Of a DNA stretch of 58,074 bases, positions 11,505 through 24,100 are shown one piece after another. Under the pieces are notes generated by a model. That model was not told the DNA's origin and did not search any database. It worked only from the letters and a program-made list of their open reading frames with translations. The position numbers and the translations under genes were made by a program. Within the stretch, counting starts at the first letter, position 1. Each line of letters starts with the position of its first letter. This DNA comes from Lama guanicoe (lineage: Eukaryota), in the NCBI GenBank assembly GCA_013239625.1, contig MU053802.1, forward strand, positions 141,363-199,436. Direction: 5' to 3'.

Positions 11505-12521
11505 CTCCTGGGTGCGCTTCCTGGCCCGCTGAAGCTCTTCTTCGTAGCCCTTCTGCCGCAGTTCGCTACGGCTTTCAAAATACCCTTCCAGGTCACGGGT
11601 CTCTGTGAAGAGCACCTGGGAGAGGATCTACCAGCCGGAGGTGTCCAGCCCGTGGCCCGGGGAGATCTGGAGCTGGTAACACAGGATGCGGACCTCCTGC
11701 TCAGTCATCTCTGGGGCGCCCCTGAACAGCACTGTCCACATGCCCCAGAGCCCCTCGGGGAATACCGGCAGGCACGGCTCTAGCTGCGAGCGCACGGAGC
11801 TGGGGTGCTGGTGCGCTGCGTGCAGATCCTGGAAGAAGCGCCCAGCCCAGCTCCTCGCTGGGGACTCCAGCTCCGCGGCACGCGGCAGCTGCTCCGCTAC
11901 CAAAAGCCCAGCGATGCCCGGTCCGCCCCGCCCTCCCTCACCATTTCTAGCATCTCAGTCTCCTCGGTGATGGTCACCCAAGCGCTCACTACCCGCACTG
12001 AGGACACCTGGGCCTCCTTGTGCGCCGTCGCGGCTGGCCCCCGCCCCACTTCTGCCTTCGGATGCACTGCGGACCGGGCTGGACTTGGCACTCACTGGAC
12101 TCTGGAGAGGACTCTCCGCCTTCTTTTCTCCCAAACTCCATGGCAGCGGGCATCCTGGAAGGCTGCATACGCTCCGAGGGGAGCTGCCCTCTGCCCAGGC
12201 CGGGAGCCTCCGGGGCCCAGGGCTCCTGCCTGGAGTCACCGAGGCAGTGGCCTCTGGCTGACCACTGCCCACTGGGCTGCCCGGCCTGCGGGTCCTGTCG
12301 GACGTGGGTGCGCCAGGCTCGGCGCCCCCTCGCACACCCGCCTGATCCTGGGTGCTGCTCTGCCTCTGGGCCGGCTGGTTGTAGCAGCTTATGGCAAACT
12401 TAGCCTCAATCTTGTTCCTGGGGACAATGGAGACAAACCTGTGCTTCTCTTGCTCCTCCAGCACATGCGGCCTCACGGTCACCCAGTCGGACTCGAGCGT
12501 CTCCTCGAGGGCCAACGTCAT
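11505..12521 (-). pseudogene. JMY: JMY exon 1 coding part, non-processed duplicate, disabled
   Basis: gccaccATG, then MTLALEETLESDWVTVRPHVLEEQEKHRFVSIV..., QLEPCLPVFPEGLWGMWTVLFRGAPEMTEQE, ELRQKGYEEELQRARKRTQE|gtaagg; matches recalled JMY N-terminus. Split over several frames with TAG at 11628-11630. Ends at the native exon-1 donor followed by intron-like DNA. Confidence 0.93.
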
Positions 12522-13260
12522 GGTGGCTCCGGCGCCAGGCCGCGGGGAAGGCGCCACAGGCCCTGCCTGCCAGGGGACTCACCAGCCGGCTGAGCCGCGC
12601 CAGGCCCCCGAACACTCAGCCTCGCTGGCGCCTTCGGCCATCCTAGCCCTCCGGCGGCTCTGCCCGCTCCCTTGCCCGCTGCTCCGCGCTCAGAGTGTCG
12701 CGCTCTCTTGTGGCTCCGCTGGCAGGAAAGGCAATAGGCGCCCCCTGGAGCAAGTAGCTCATAAGGTCACGTGCGGCCGGATCTGTTTACAAGCCCCGCG
12801 CTGCCACGGCGCCTGCCACCCGCCCCGGCCTCCCCCAAACCTGGAGCGAGGCCCCGCGCCGCGCCTGTGGCTCTCTGCAGAAGAGGCGCGAGTTCCGTGA
12901 GGCCTGGTAGGTGGTCAGGCCACGTGTGTGGGATGTCCCCGCCCCTCCTCCTTCTCTCCTGACCGCCTGGAGCCGGCCTGATGGAGAGACTCGTCTCCTA
13001 AATTCTGTGCCTTAGTGTCGCCACAGTGCTGCCATTTGGCTGCTGCCAACAGCTCCACGAGGGATGTAAACACGGGCATGTGCTGCATGCAAGTGACACG
13101 ACAGCGGTGGCGCGCACACCCCACCACCCTAGCACCACCCCGCCCGGTGGTGCTTCGAGCCCTACTCTTCTTCCTTCCACGGAGTCTTCTTCTGCAGGCT
13201 GGAGATGGCGATTATGGGCAGTAAGAGTGGCAGTTGTGCCCTGCGGTACAGGTGGCCTCT
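12522..13260 (-). promoter_or_regulatory. JMY-derived 5'UTR/CpG-island promoter region
   Basis: GC/CpG-rich sequence contiguous with the JMY start codon; GC box (ccccgcccc), E-box cacgtg and forkhead-like tgtttac present. Confidence 0.6.
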
Positions 13261-13839
13261 AAACCCAGGAAAAGAGGAACAAAGGCTGAGGAACTGAGAA
13301 GGTTTGAACTCCATGTATTCAAAAGTGACCCCCAAGTGAGTGTAAATTTTCCTTCATTCACCCAGAGGGATAACCCCTAAATTCAGAAAGTACTCCCTAA
13401 AGTTATGCGAACTATGTGCTGTATTTATTGAGACCCCCTAGGCTGTTGAATTCTCTCCTAACACCCTCATGTTATTTTAAGATATAAAAGGAACGTGCCC
13501 GAAGACCACTCAGTAGAACTCCAAAACAAAATAAAATTAAGTGAAAGTTCAAAAAAAGAAAGAAAGAAAATAAACGGACACACCCCAAGCCCTGCTCATC
13601 TCAAGCTTCTCTGTGGTTCCCGGCTCCCTCTCCTTTTCCCCCATTCTATAGCGGCATCTTACAATTACTTTCTTAGATTTTTATTTTGTTTTTGTTATTG
13701 CTTCCTCTAAAAAAAATAAGAACTTAATACACGTTGGAGTTTCAGAGGACAGCATTTAGGACACTGAATGTAAAGTCGACAGCAGTTGAAATCATTGCGG
13801 CCGGCAGACATAGTTAAGGACCTCTTCAATCCGGACTGA

Positions 13840-14445
13840 ACTTTTCATTCACCAAGTGTTTATTGTGATACAAATGTGTACATGCCAAGAACTGTGCCCT
13901 TGATAAAGATGTGAAAAATAATAGATTTTTTAAAGCTACTATTTACTAAACACTTAGGTTGATAGGAGCTGCACATGCATTACTTCACTTAACCCTTACA
14001 ATCTACAAGAGAATTCAATGGAATTTAGATTTTTATTTCTAATATGTGCTAATTGGGCTAGGACAGTCATCATCCCTGCCCTAGTGGAGTCTTTGTTCTA
14101 GGGGAGCAGCTAGACAAGTGATCTGATGGCTGCAATTCTGTATGACAACAACTATTGTAGGAGAGGTACCATGTGGTTGAAAGACATTAGAGGTCGCCTC
14201 AACACTGGGAGGATGGAGAAGGCTTCCCAGAGGAAATAAAGGCTAAATCAAAACCTAAACCACCTAAAGGATGAAGCAGCAAGGGTTGATGAAGAGGAAT
14301 AGGCCACTTTCAGTGAGAAAAACCCATGTGAAAAGATGCTTAAAGTCCCTGTGTTGTCCCCCCATTTTACAAACAAGAGAAGTGAAGCACAGAGGTGATG
14401 TAACTTGCTCAAAGTCATAGTGGCTGAACCAGAATTCAAACCTTG
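13840..14445. mobile_element. Cluster of L2 and MIR remnants
   Basis: ttcattcaccaagtgtttattg (L2 end); cccattttacaaacaagagaagtgaagcacagaggtgatgtaacttgctcaaagtca (MIR core). Confidence 0.65.
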
Positions 14446-14507
14446 TTTTCACTTCCTTCCTTATCCAACTTCCATTCTCTCATCCTTCCAGTGGTCTTTT
14501 GTCAATA

Positions 14508-14572
14508 CAGTTGACCCTTGAACAACGGGTTGAACTGTAAGGGTCCATTTATACATGGATTTTTCCCCCAAT
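14508..14572 (+). mobile_element. Tigger2/MER8-type DNA transposon terminal fragment
   Basis: ta|cagttgacccttgaacaac...gggttgaactgtaagggtccatttatacatggatttt matches the recalled Tigger2 terminus, preceded by a TA target. Confidence 0.75.
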
Positions 14573-14584
14573 AGATACCTGGTA

Positions 14585-15500
14585 AGCAGACTCCTAAGAT
14601 CAGCTGTCACAATGGAAAATCCAGGTCCTTCACCCAATCTCTGGATTTATTTGATTTCAACAGACCCAGATACCATTGGCTAAAAAGGAGGGTGAGTGCC
14701 CATGAGGGAGGACTCTGTAATGGCATAAAAATCACTATAAACACCCTCCCTACCCTTCCACAAAGGGCCTTATGGGAATACAGTACCAGCCATTTTTTGC
14801 ACTTGAATGTTGCCCTAAATAAAAGGGTCTACAGGAGGTCCAGGCAGTTGAAGGGAAGGCGCCACCGGCCCTGCCTGCCAGGGGACTCACCGGCCGGCTG
14901 AGCCGCGCCAGGCCGCCGAACACTCAGCCTCGCTGGCGCCTTCGGCCATCCTAGCCCTCCGGCGGCTCTGCCCGCTCCCTTGCCCGCTGCTCCGCGCTCA
15001 GAGTGTCGCGCTCTCTTGTGGCTCCGCTGGCAGGAAAGGCAATAGGCGCCCCCTGGAGCAAGTAGCTCATAAGGTCACGTGCGGCCGGATCTGTTTACAA
15101 GCCCCGCGCTGCCACGGCGCCTGCCACCCGCCCCGGCCTCCCCCAAACCTGGAGCGAGGCCCCGCGCCGCGCCTGTGGCTCTCTGCAGAAGAGGCGCGAG
15201 TTCCGTGAGGCCTGGTAAAAACAGAGACAAGGAAATCTGGGGGAAAGAGGCATGTGGATGGATCAACGCAAGCAGGTATACAGCATGCCAACTGTTGTCT
15301 CAGGCTAGTGCCCAACAAAGAGCGTTCTCTGAATAGAAGATGCTCAGCAACCAAGTGGACAGCTTAGTTTGCTCCATGAATGTGAACCATACTCCATCTT
15401 TAACCGTAGAGACCTCACCATTTGGACGACTGGCCCATGAACAGACATGACACTATGGCTGGGAAGAGCCATACAATTCCAACAAACCTTTCACCAATGC
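14585..15500 (+). mobile_element. ERVL/MaLR internal remnant, split by a JMY-promoter copy
   Basis: acagacccaga...aggaggg motif, and gacaaggaaatctggggg-aagaggcatgtggatgga, which resembles the ERVL DKEIWGRGMW region. Confidence 0.6.
14852..15217 (+). repeat. Near-identical second copy of the JMY 5'UTR/promoter segment 12545-12909
   Basis: gggaaggcgccac...gagttccgtgaggcctggta repeated, with only about three mismatches visible. Confidence 0.95.
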
Positions 15501-17389
15501 TTCTAACAAGTTCTGAAATGAATTTCATCTCCCTCCCCTCCCTCATGTGCCCTCTGCATGAGGTTTTCATGAGCAATGAACTGGTTCTCACGGTGAAAGG
15601 CAAAGGGAGAGAAATCCAGAATAACCCAGCATCTACATTGATAATCAAGGATATTAAGAGCAGCATTAGTTCTGTAACCCCACTGCCTTATTAAAGCAAT
15701 CCATTTAACTCTGGGAAAACTGCATAAGGGACAAAAGAGCATCCAATTCAGCTTTATTTCATGCTCACATACCCAAGCCTTCAGTGGCCTTCTGCTACTA
15801 CAAGTAGGAAACACCATTTCTTCTTTGCTTCTATTTCTAGTAAAAAAGTTACTTATGTTTCAATTTTTATTTATTTACTTATTTGCTTACTGATTGTTGA
15901 ATACCTGCTCTTTCTCTTTCTCCTACTAGATCATAAATTTTTTTCAGGGTGGGTATTGTTTTATTAATTTTTGTATCAGACCAATGTTTTGAACAAGTCA
16001 GTTGTTGAAACTATTGGCTTTATTGTCTCTTTGTTCCATTTTCTTATCTCATGGTTAAAGTTATAACTGAAAACATTTCTACAATGATTGTTATATGTTA
16101 TATGTATGGGGATAATGCTGCCCCCCCTGCTAACCCACCCCTGTGTATTGGGTAGAGAGTGTATGCTTTGGCCTGAGCCTGGGCAGCCACATTATTTCTA
16201 GGTAGGAGAAATTACAGTCACAGTCTAAATGTGGTGATGATCCATTATGACTTTCTCTAACTTCAGAAATAGCCATGAAAACCAAATGTCTAGGGGGACC
16301 ACAGTGAGACACATAGGAGCTGTAGCATCTTTTACATCAGCTCAGCAGCTGCTCAGAGTCAACCCACATGTCTCCACCTTGCTGGGATCTAGTAAATGGA
16401 TGAATGAGTTGCTTCATTTTATCTGCATAAATACTGCATCAATGGAAAAATGCTCTCATTTTATGTCTTAATTCTCAAAGATTTGGAATAAAGGAATAAT
16501 CTTGACTAATGGCTTACTGTTTCATAATAGGGTTACTCAGAGTCCTTAGAATCAGGAAGGCCCTTGGTGATGACCTTTGGGATAAGGTATCTGCCCAATA
16601 TCTTTGAAGAAGCTTTGCTATTTCCACCACATTTTTCTCATAAATTAATGTAACAAGTTAAAGTAACTGTCTTGAGGAGTTTAATTTCCATCCTGTTTTA
16701 AAAATAAACACATTTAGGCTGTTCATCTACACTGAAAAGCTATTTTCTAATACATAAGTGAAGATGCAGGATTAATGCTCCCCACTTCATGTCCCCACTG
16801 GGAAGACAGGAGGTAATGATTTATTTTGCTTAAAAAAAGAGAATAAAACCCAAGAGATTATAGCCTCCATATTTCAAGGTTGTTTCTGATTTCTTGATAC
16901 TCTTTTAAAGGAGATAAATTTGAGTTAATTTTAGTTGAAACTGAGTCTTTTATCTAAAAATATGTAATACAGACACTGCAAGAAATAAAGAAGTAAAGTC
17001 ACATATTAACAAAAACATACTTTTTGTGTAAATCTAAGAAGCCACGGGCTTAATAAGGGGACTCTCACAAGAGTCCCAGCTATGATTTTAATCATGGAGG
17101 TAGACCCTGTATACAGCTTGGAAGCACCGCCATCACAAGTATACATTGTTTGAACCCAAGCATCCAGGAATATGGGAGACAAATGGCCAGAGATGTCCGC
17201 CATCCTGGGGGATGAAGTTGGATGGTCTGAGAACTCCCAGTCATGTGCAGCAGAGCCACAGGCAGGTGAAACCCATGAGTGGGGAGGCAGGGCTGGAAGG
17301 GCTAGCCGTCAACGGAGTGAAAACCAACTAGGGGCAGGCTACTGAGAAGGTAGCATCTGACATTGATAATTATATATTTTTGGCTCAGA

Positions 17390-18164
17390 TCAACAGTCTT
17401 TTTTTTCTTAGTAGAATCTTTATTTAAAAAAAAATTTTTCCAACCACACACAGGAAGGCTGTGAGTAGGGGGAGGTGTCCATCCATCCCTGGCCCCCTGC
17501 CCATGTGGTTTGGGCAGCAATAAGGGGTATGGGTAATGGCCTCCAAAATAAAAATGGTGTATGTGTGTGTGGGAAGGAGAGGGGTGCAAACACAGTGGGG
17601 AGTGGTGGGGGGAAGGGACGGACGAGGTCAGTACTGGAACAGCACAGGTGGGAGGCCACTTCATAACATTTCTTGTTGATCCTAGGACCGTGGACACCTT
17701 CTTTGCCCATCAACAGGACTAGCATCTTGGCAGTCACGATGACTGTGACATTGAAGGTGAGGGCTCCACCAATGCTCTTGGTAACAAGATCCATGGTAAA
17801 TTCCCCATCCTGCAGCAGTGAGTCCCAGATAACAGGACATTTCTGGCCCCCAAGCCTTAGCCCATTCACTAAAAAACTTGACTGGTCTTTGTCAACCAGG
17901 ACACCAACCTCAGGTAGCGTGATGTTAGCAAAGATTTTCCAGGGACGACGGCTCAGATGGAGGGCAAGTCCTTGGAGCCCACAATGGCTGTGTCCTGGCA
18001 GGTCCCAGGAGGCTGTGAATGCAGGTGTTCCCGCAGCAAAGGCGCTGCTGCTGGGGCGGCGGGCTGGGCTTGGGTGGCATCGGGCTGGCGGGCGGGGGAA
18101 GGTGGGGGCTTGGGGCGCTCGCTGCCTCCCAGACCATGGCTCTGTGAGCCGTCTCAACAGTATT
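17390..18164 (-). pseudogene. PFN1: PFN1 (profilin-1) processed pseudogene; decayed CDS ~17628-18040
   Basis: [49 protein letters not shown]...[21 protein letters not shown]. Intronless, start lost, frameshifts, 3'UTR with AATAAA and poly(A) remnant. TSD tcaacagt(c/a)tt at 17390-17400 and 18154-18164. Confidence 0.95.
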
Positions 18165-18499
18165 TTATAGTCCGAATAATGCAACCAGAATATACTGCTG
18201 AACTGAATTTGTTTTACATATTCAGGTATGGCAAGTCTTCAAGAAAGAACAAAAGACTATTTTTCTTTTTGGTTTCTTTTTATATTTTGAAAAGCTCTCT
18301 AGTCTTTAATGATTGAAATCTCAGGACATGATAGAATGTCAAACATCAGGTTTAGAATTTGTAATTTGAATTTTATTAAATACATATACATATAATCTCA
18401 GAAAAAATGCATAGGCCATATATGAAAATTATCTGGGTGGGGGGCCATATTTGACTAATTTTATTTATGCTTTATTATATTTTTCAAATCTGTTTAAAA

Positions 18500-18616
18500 A
18501 AATTTTGTGGGGAGAATTAGGTTTACTCATTTATTTTTAATGGAGGTACAGAGAATTGAAACTAGGGCCTTGTTCATGCTAAGGATGTGCTCTACCACTG
18601 AGCTACACCCTCCCCA
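18500..18616 (-). mobile_element. tRNA-derived SINE (camelid-type)
   Basis: Reverse complement begins ggggagggtgtagctcagtggtagagc (A box), with a degenerate B box and A-rich tail. Confidence 0.75.
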
Positions 18617-19302
18617 ACAACTTGCTTTTTGAAGCATAGTCTTTTTAAAAAGAGGACAAGTTACATATCAAACTTGCAAATATGCACTACCCTTGTTTAC
18701 AATAAAAAATTTTTTATTGAGACTTTTTGGGAAGAAATCAATTATCAGAGATGAAATTCAAGTTCTCTGTTTAATTTCTATTTAAAAATAAATTTCTAAT
18801 TTAAAAAAGCAATAAAGCCTTGAATTTTCTGAGAAATTATTGTAAACCTGGTTGCATCACTCATGTTTCTGTCTCTTCCATGGGCAGTTCCTAATGCAAG
18901 AAATTTAGATTTTAAAAAATTCATGGAAGACTGAACAATCAGTAAACTTTTAAGACTATTTATAATTTAAGTGAAAATAAAATCAGTTATTATAATTTGT
19001 ATTAAGATTTCACATTGCAGAAGGGGTCCAAAGTAATAATGCTCTAATAGTAAAATAAATAAGTAAATATTAAGCTCAGAATGGTGGCTGTGCAGGTTGA
19101 GACTTATGATAAAATATACTCCATCCATTGTTGCTTATCTAGGTCATGGTGAATCTAAATATTCCTTCCTAAGGCTGAAGAGTCACGTATTATTTGATTT
19201 TCATGGCATATGAGACTAAAGGCAGGAACCTGAAGAAGGGAATGCAGTTTAGAGACAGGAGTAGGGAAGGGACAAACAGACATGTTAATAGTTTTAATTT
19301 TC

Positions 19303-19432
19303 TTTAATTTTGGAGGGTGGGGCAGGTAATTAGGTTTACCTTTTTATTTCCTTTGGTGTAGGTACCGGGGATTGAACCTAGGACCTCATGCATGCTAGGT
19401 GTGCACTCTACCACTATGCTATAATCTCCCCC
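19303..19432 (-). mobile_element. tRNA-derived SINE (camelid-type)
   Basis: Reverse complement gggggagattatagcatagtggtagagtgc...ggttcaatcccc (A and B boxes); flanked by direct repeat tgttaatagttt. Confidence 0.8.
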
Positions 19433-20219
19433 TGTTAATAGTTTCATAAGACTACTGCTCACATCTACACTGGCCCAACACATTATGACAGAACCCAAGC
19501 AAGACTATGTGGACTAGAAGGATTCTCAAAACCCCAGAGTAACAGAGTCTATCAAAACTAATTTCTGAAGACTGCTGGAATACCAAAACATCCGAGGCAC
19601 ACTGATAAAGTCCCTAAGTTGTGAAATGAAAAACTAAGTTTGTGTATGTAAAGAAACAATATATCACTGATTCTCACAACAAGAGAATAATTACACTTCC
19701 CCCTGAATTATGTATGTTTATTCCTCACACAATTTTCCCATTTGAATTATAGTATCATTTCTTTCTCCAGTTAGCTATTTCAGTTTGATTTCCTTTTTGC
19801 AAGTTTGGTGCATGTTGGTGGGATAGCCATCACATTTTTTGACCACTGTCTCTCAAATGCTTGAGGAACAATAATTCTCTGTGCCTCCAAGAGGCATCCA
19901 GCTTTCAGCTGACAGTGGTGTTTGTTGAAGAATCATACTGCTTTTAGGCCAGCATCTAAGGGGATCTCAAATAGAATATCTCATCCCTGAAACAAATGAA
20001 CATTATTCACAGGTGCTTTATGTTACCTCTCAGATAATTTTAATAGTATAAAGAATACATTGTCTTCTATTTATGTTATTGATCAAAAATTTAATACTTA
20101 GTATGAAAGTTACTGTCTTTAGAAATTTAATAACTATAATATATGCTGACATTTATCAAATTTTATATTGTTATACTGACATATTGTGCTACATTAAGAG
20201 TTCAAGGAATAAACTAATT

Positions 20220-20375
20220 TATTTCACTATAGATTAGATTTCATTTTCTAGAATTTTATGTGAATGGAATCATACAATGCCTATTCTTTTGTCTAACTTC
20301 TTTCCCTCAGTACAATTATTTTGAGATTCATCTATGTTGTTGCCCATACCGATGAATAACTCCTTTTTATTGTTG
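20220..20375 (-). mobile_element. Ancient L1 3' fragment
   Basis: ttctagaattttatgtgaatggaatcatacaatg...ttttgagattcatctatgttgttg. Confidence 0.6.
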
Positions 20376-20899
20376 AAAATAAAGAGTTTAGGAAATCTTA
20401 TCTCATTTGCAATCTGAAATCTAGACAGAGACAACAGGTTCTTCATTGTCTTCATAACACAAGAAAGGCAATATCAACTTTCACGTGTATGAGTATTACC
20501 CAACAGGATTTGATTACTTTTGAAATTGCTTTAAAGTTCATCTATAAAATAATGGACAGCTTTTCACAGTTGCTACACTACCCTGCTTAAAACTAGTTTA
20601 GGCAGTAAATTAATGGCACATAAGCTTTGGTACATATATAACCTTAATATTATGCCAAAGACCACACCATAATGAATGTTAGAACTGAGAATGGAGTTGA
20701 GAGGTGCTAATTAAGAGGCTGATGGCCAATGTTCACACCAGGAGTGCCTTCCAGCTTGCAATTGTCTTGTAAAGTTCTGGGAATTGTCAGTTCCTGGACC
20801 AGAGGAAGATGGTGCCTCTACTGCTGGCTAGAGAGGCCGACACCTTCCACAGATCACTCACAGACTCTGACACATTCTCTGTAGGGGAGCCACAAAAAC

Positions 20900-21140
20900 T
20901 ATTCAACAAACTTTACTGAGAACATATTTTCTCCCTGGCACAATGTCTGGCTCCAAAGGCACAGAGATAAAGACATAGTCCCTGTTAAGCAGAACTCACT
21001 GTTGAGATGGAACATTGAATTGTGACATGACATAATAATTACAACACCCTATGAGAAGTGATCCAATAAAATGTGGTGACCACAAACAAAAGAAGAGCCA
21101 GCTCTGTCTTCACAAAGGAGGTGACATCAGATGAGTTTTG
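20900..21140. mobile_element. L2 remnant
   Basis: attcaacaaactttactgag...ataaagacatagtccctg L2 end motifs. Confidence 0.55.
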
Positions 21141-21149
21141 ATAGGTGCA

Positions 21150-24100
21150 AATGACAATGAAAACATAGCCAATGAAAACATAGGATGCAGCAAAAGCAGT
21201 TCTAAGAGGGAATTGCATAGCAATATAAGCTTTCTGCAAAAAAGAACAATCTCAAGTAAACCTAGCCTATCACCTAAAAAAAATTAGAAAAAGAAGAGCA
21301 AACAAAACTTAAAGTCAGCAGAAGGAAGGAAATAATAAAGATCAGGAAGGAAATAAATAAAATAGAGATAAAAATAGAAAAATCAATCAAACCAAGCACT
21401 GGTTCTTTGAAAGAGTAAACAAAGTTGACAAACCTCTGGTCAGGCTCACTAAGAGAAAAGAAAGAGAACACAAATAAACAGAATAAGAAAGGAAAATGGA
21501 GGAATTACAAACAATATCACAGAAATACAAAGAATAAAATAAAGCAAATACTATGAACAACTATATGCAAACAAATTGGACAACCTAGAAGTAATTGACA
21601 AGTTTCTGGAAATGTACAGTCCAACAAGACTGAATCTAGAAGAAATATACCACTTGAACAGCCTAATCACTAGAAATGAAACAGCAATAAAAAATTCCCT
21701 ACAAATAAAAGTCCAGGAACAGATGGCTTCACTGGGGGATTCTACCAAATGTAGAAAGAATAACTCATACCAATTCTTCTTAAACTCTTCCAAAGATAGA
21801 AAGGGAGGGAATAAACCCAAACCCATTCTATGAAGCCACCATCACCCTGATACCAAATACAGACAAAGATACTACTGAAAAAGAAAATTACAGGCCAATA
21901 TCATTGATGAACATAGATGCAAAAATCCTCAACAAAATATTAGCAAACAGAATCTAACAACACATAAGAAATATCATACATCATGATCAGGTTGGATGCA
22001 TCCTGGAGACAAAAGGATGGTTCAACTTATGCAAATCAATCAATGTGATACACACATCAACAACAGAAAGGTGAAAATCACATGACCTGAATAGATGCAG
22101 AAAAAGTACTTGATAAAAGTCAACACTAATTTATGAAAACAATTCTTACCAAAACGGGTATAGAGGGAACATATCTCAATATAAAAAGCTATTTATGACA
22201 AACCTACAGCCAGCACAATACTCAACAGTGAAAAAATGAAAGCTTTGCCACTAAAATCTGGAACAAGACAAGGACGCCCACTCACACCACTTCTATTCAA
22301 CAGAGTCTTGGAAGTCCTAGCCATAGCAAAGGGGCAAAAGAAAGAAATAAGTAGGATCCACATTGGAAGAGAAGAGGTAAAACTGTCACTATATGCCAAT
22401 GACATGATACAATATATAGAAAACCCTAAAAGCGCCACAAGAAATTTACTACAGCTGATAAAAGAATTTGGCAAGGTAGCAGGATCCAAGATTAATATAC
22501 AAAAATCAGTTGCATTTCTTTACACTAACAATGAATTAGCAGGAAAAAAAAGTAAAGAAACAATCCCTTTTTAAAATTGCATCCAAAACAATAAAACACT
22601 TAGGAATAAATCTAACTAAGGAGGTGAAAGATTTATACATGAAGTACTACAAGACATTGATTAAGGAAATTAAAGAAGACTTAAAGAAATGGAAAAATGT
22701 CCCATTTTCTTGGATTGGAAGAATCAATATTGTTAAAATGACCAGACTGCATAAGGCAATCTACAGATTTGATGCAATCCCTATCAAATTGCGCAGGAGA
22801 TTTTTCACAGAACTAGAACAAATAATCCTAAAATTTATATGGAATCACAAAAGACCCAGAATTGCCAAAACAATACTGAGTAAAAGGACAAAGCTGGAGA
22901 AATAACCCTTCCAGACTTCAGACAATTCTACAGAGCTACAGTAATCAAAACAGCATGCTATTTGTACAAAAACTGACATATGGATCAATTGAACAGAATG
23001 GAGAGCCCAGAAATAAACCCACAGACCTATGGTCAATTATCTTTGACAAAGGAGGCAAGAATATACAATGGAGAAAAGACAGTTTCTTCANNNNNNNNNN
23101 NNNNNNNNNNNNNNNNNNNNNNNNNNNNNNNNNNNNNNNNNNNNNNNNNNNNNNNNNNNNNNNNNNNNNNNNNNNNNNNNNNNNNNNNNNNNNNNNNNNN
23201 NNNNNNNNNNNNNNNNNNNNNNNNNNNNNNNNNNNNNNNNNNNNNNNNNNNNNNNNNNNNNNNNNNNNNNNNNNNNNNNNNNNNNNNNNNNNNNNNNNNN
23301 NNNNNNNNNNNNNNNNNNNNNNNNNNNNNNNNNNNNNNNNNNNNNNNNNNNNNNAAACCATGAGCAAAATGACAACTTACAGAATGGAAGAAAATATATG
23401 CAAAAGGTGAGATTGACAAGGGCTTAATTTCCAGAATACATAAACAGCTCATACAATGTAATAAGAAAAAAATGCAATCTAAAAAAAGCAGAAGACTTAA
23501 AAAAGCATTTCTCTAATGAATACATACAAATGGCCAAAAGGTACATGAAGAAATGCTTGATATTGTTATTTATCAGAGAAATGAAAATCAAAACTACAAT
23601 GAGCTATCACCTCACACCAGTCAGAATGGCCATCATTCAAAAGTCCACAAATGATAAATGCTGGAGAGGCTGTGGAGAAAAGGGAACCCTCCTACACTGC
23701 TGGTAGGAATGTAGTTTGGTGCAGCCATTATGGAAAACTGTATGGAGATTCCTCAAAAAACTAAAAATAGACTTTCTCTATGATCCAGCAATCCCATTCC
23801 TGGGCATATATCTGGAGGGAACNNNNNNNNNNNNNNNNNNNNNNNAGCAGCACGAAATAGCCAAGACATGGAAGCAACCTAAATGTCCACTGACAGATGA
23901 CTAGATAAAGAAGTTGTGGTATATTTATACAATGGAATACTATTCAGCCATAAAAAAGAATAAAATAATGTTATTTGCAGCAACATGGATGGGTCTAGAG
24001 ATCATCATTCTAAGTGAAGTGAGCCAGAAAGAGAAATAAAAATACCATATCATATCACTCATATGTAGAATCTAAAGAAAAAAAAAGACATTATGAACTC

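Noticed and set aside
11505..12521. Functional JMY gene
   Set aside because: In-frame TAG, frameshifts, many non-conservative changes, and an L1 junction ~150 bp into intron 1 with no further JMY exons seen.
11805..12900. 262-aa and 169-aa plus-strand ORFs
   Set aside because: Antisense shadows of the GC-rich JMY exon 1 copy.
17420..18184. 254-aa ORF containing profilin sequence as a novel extended profilin
   Set aside because: Chance read-through of a frameshifted retrocopy; native start and N-terminus are lost, and flanks are out-of-frame UTR.
18500..19432. tRNA genes
   Set aside because: A/B boxes belong to diverged SINEs with A-rich tails; no intact cloverleaf.
19765..19990. Possible minus-strand exon after acceptor tttgtttcag
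   Set aside because: All three frames hit stops soon after the acceptor and no clear donor was seen.
22945..23452. ORFs full of X residues
   Set aside because: Artefacts of the N gap.
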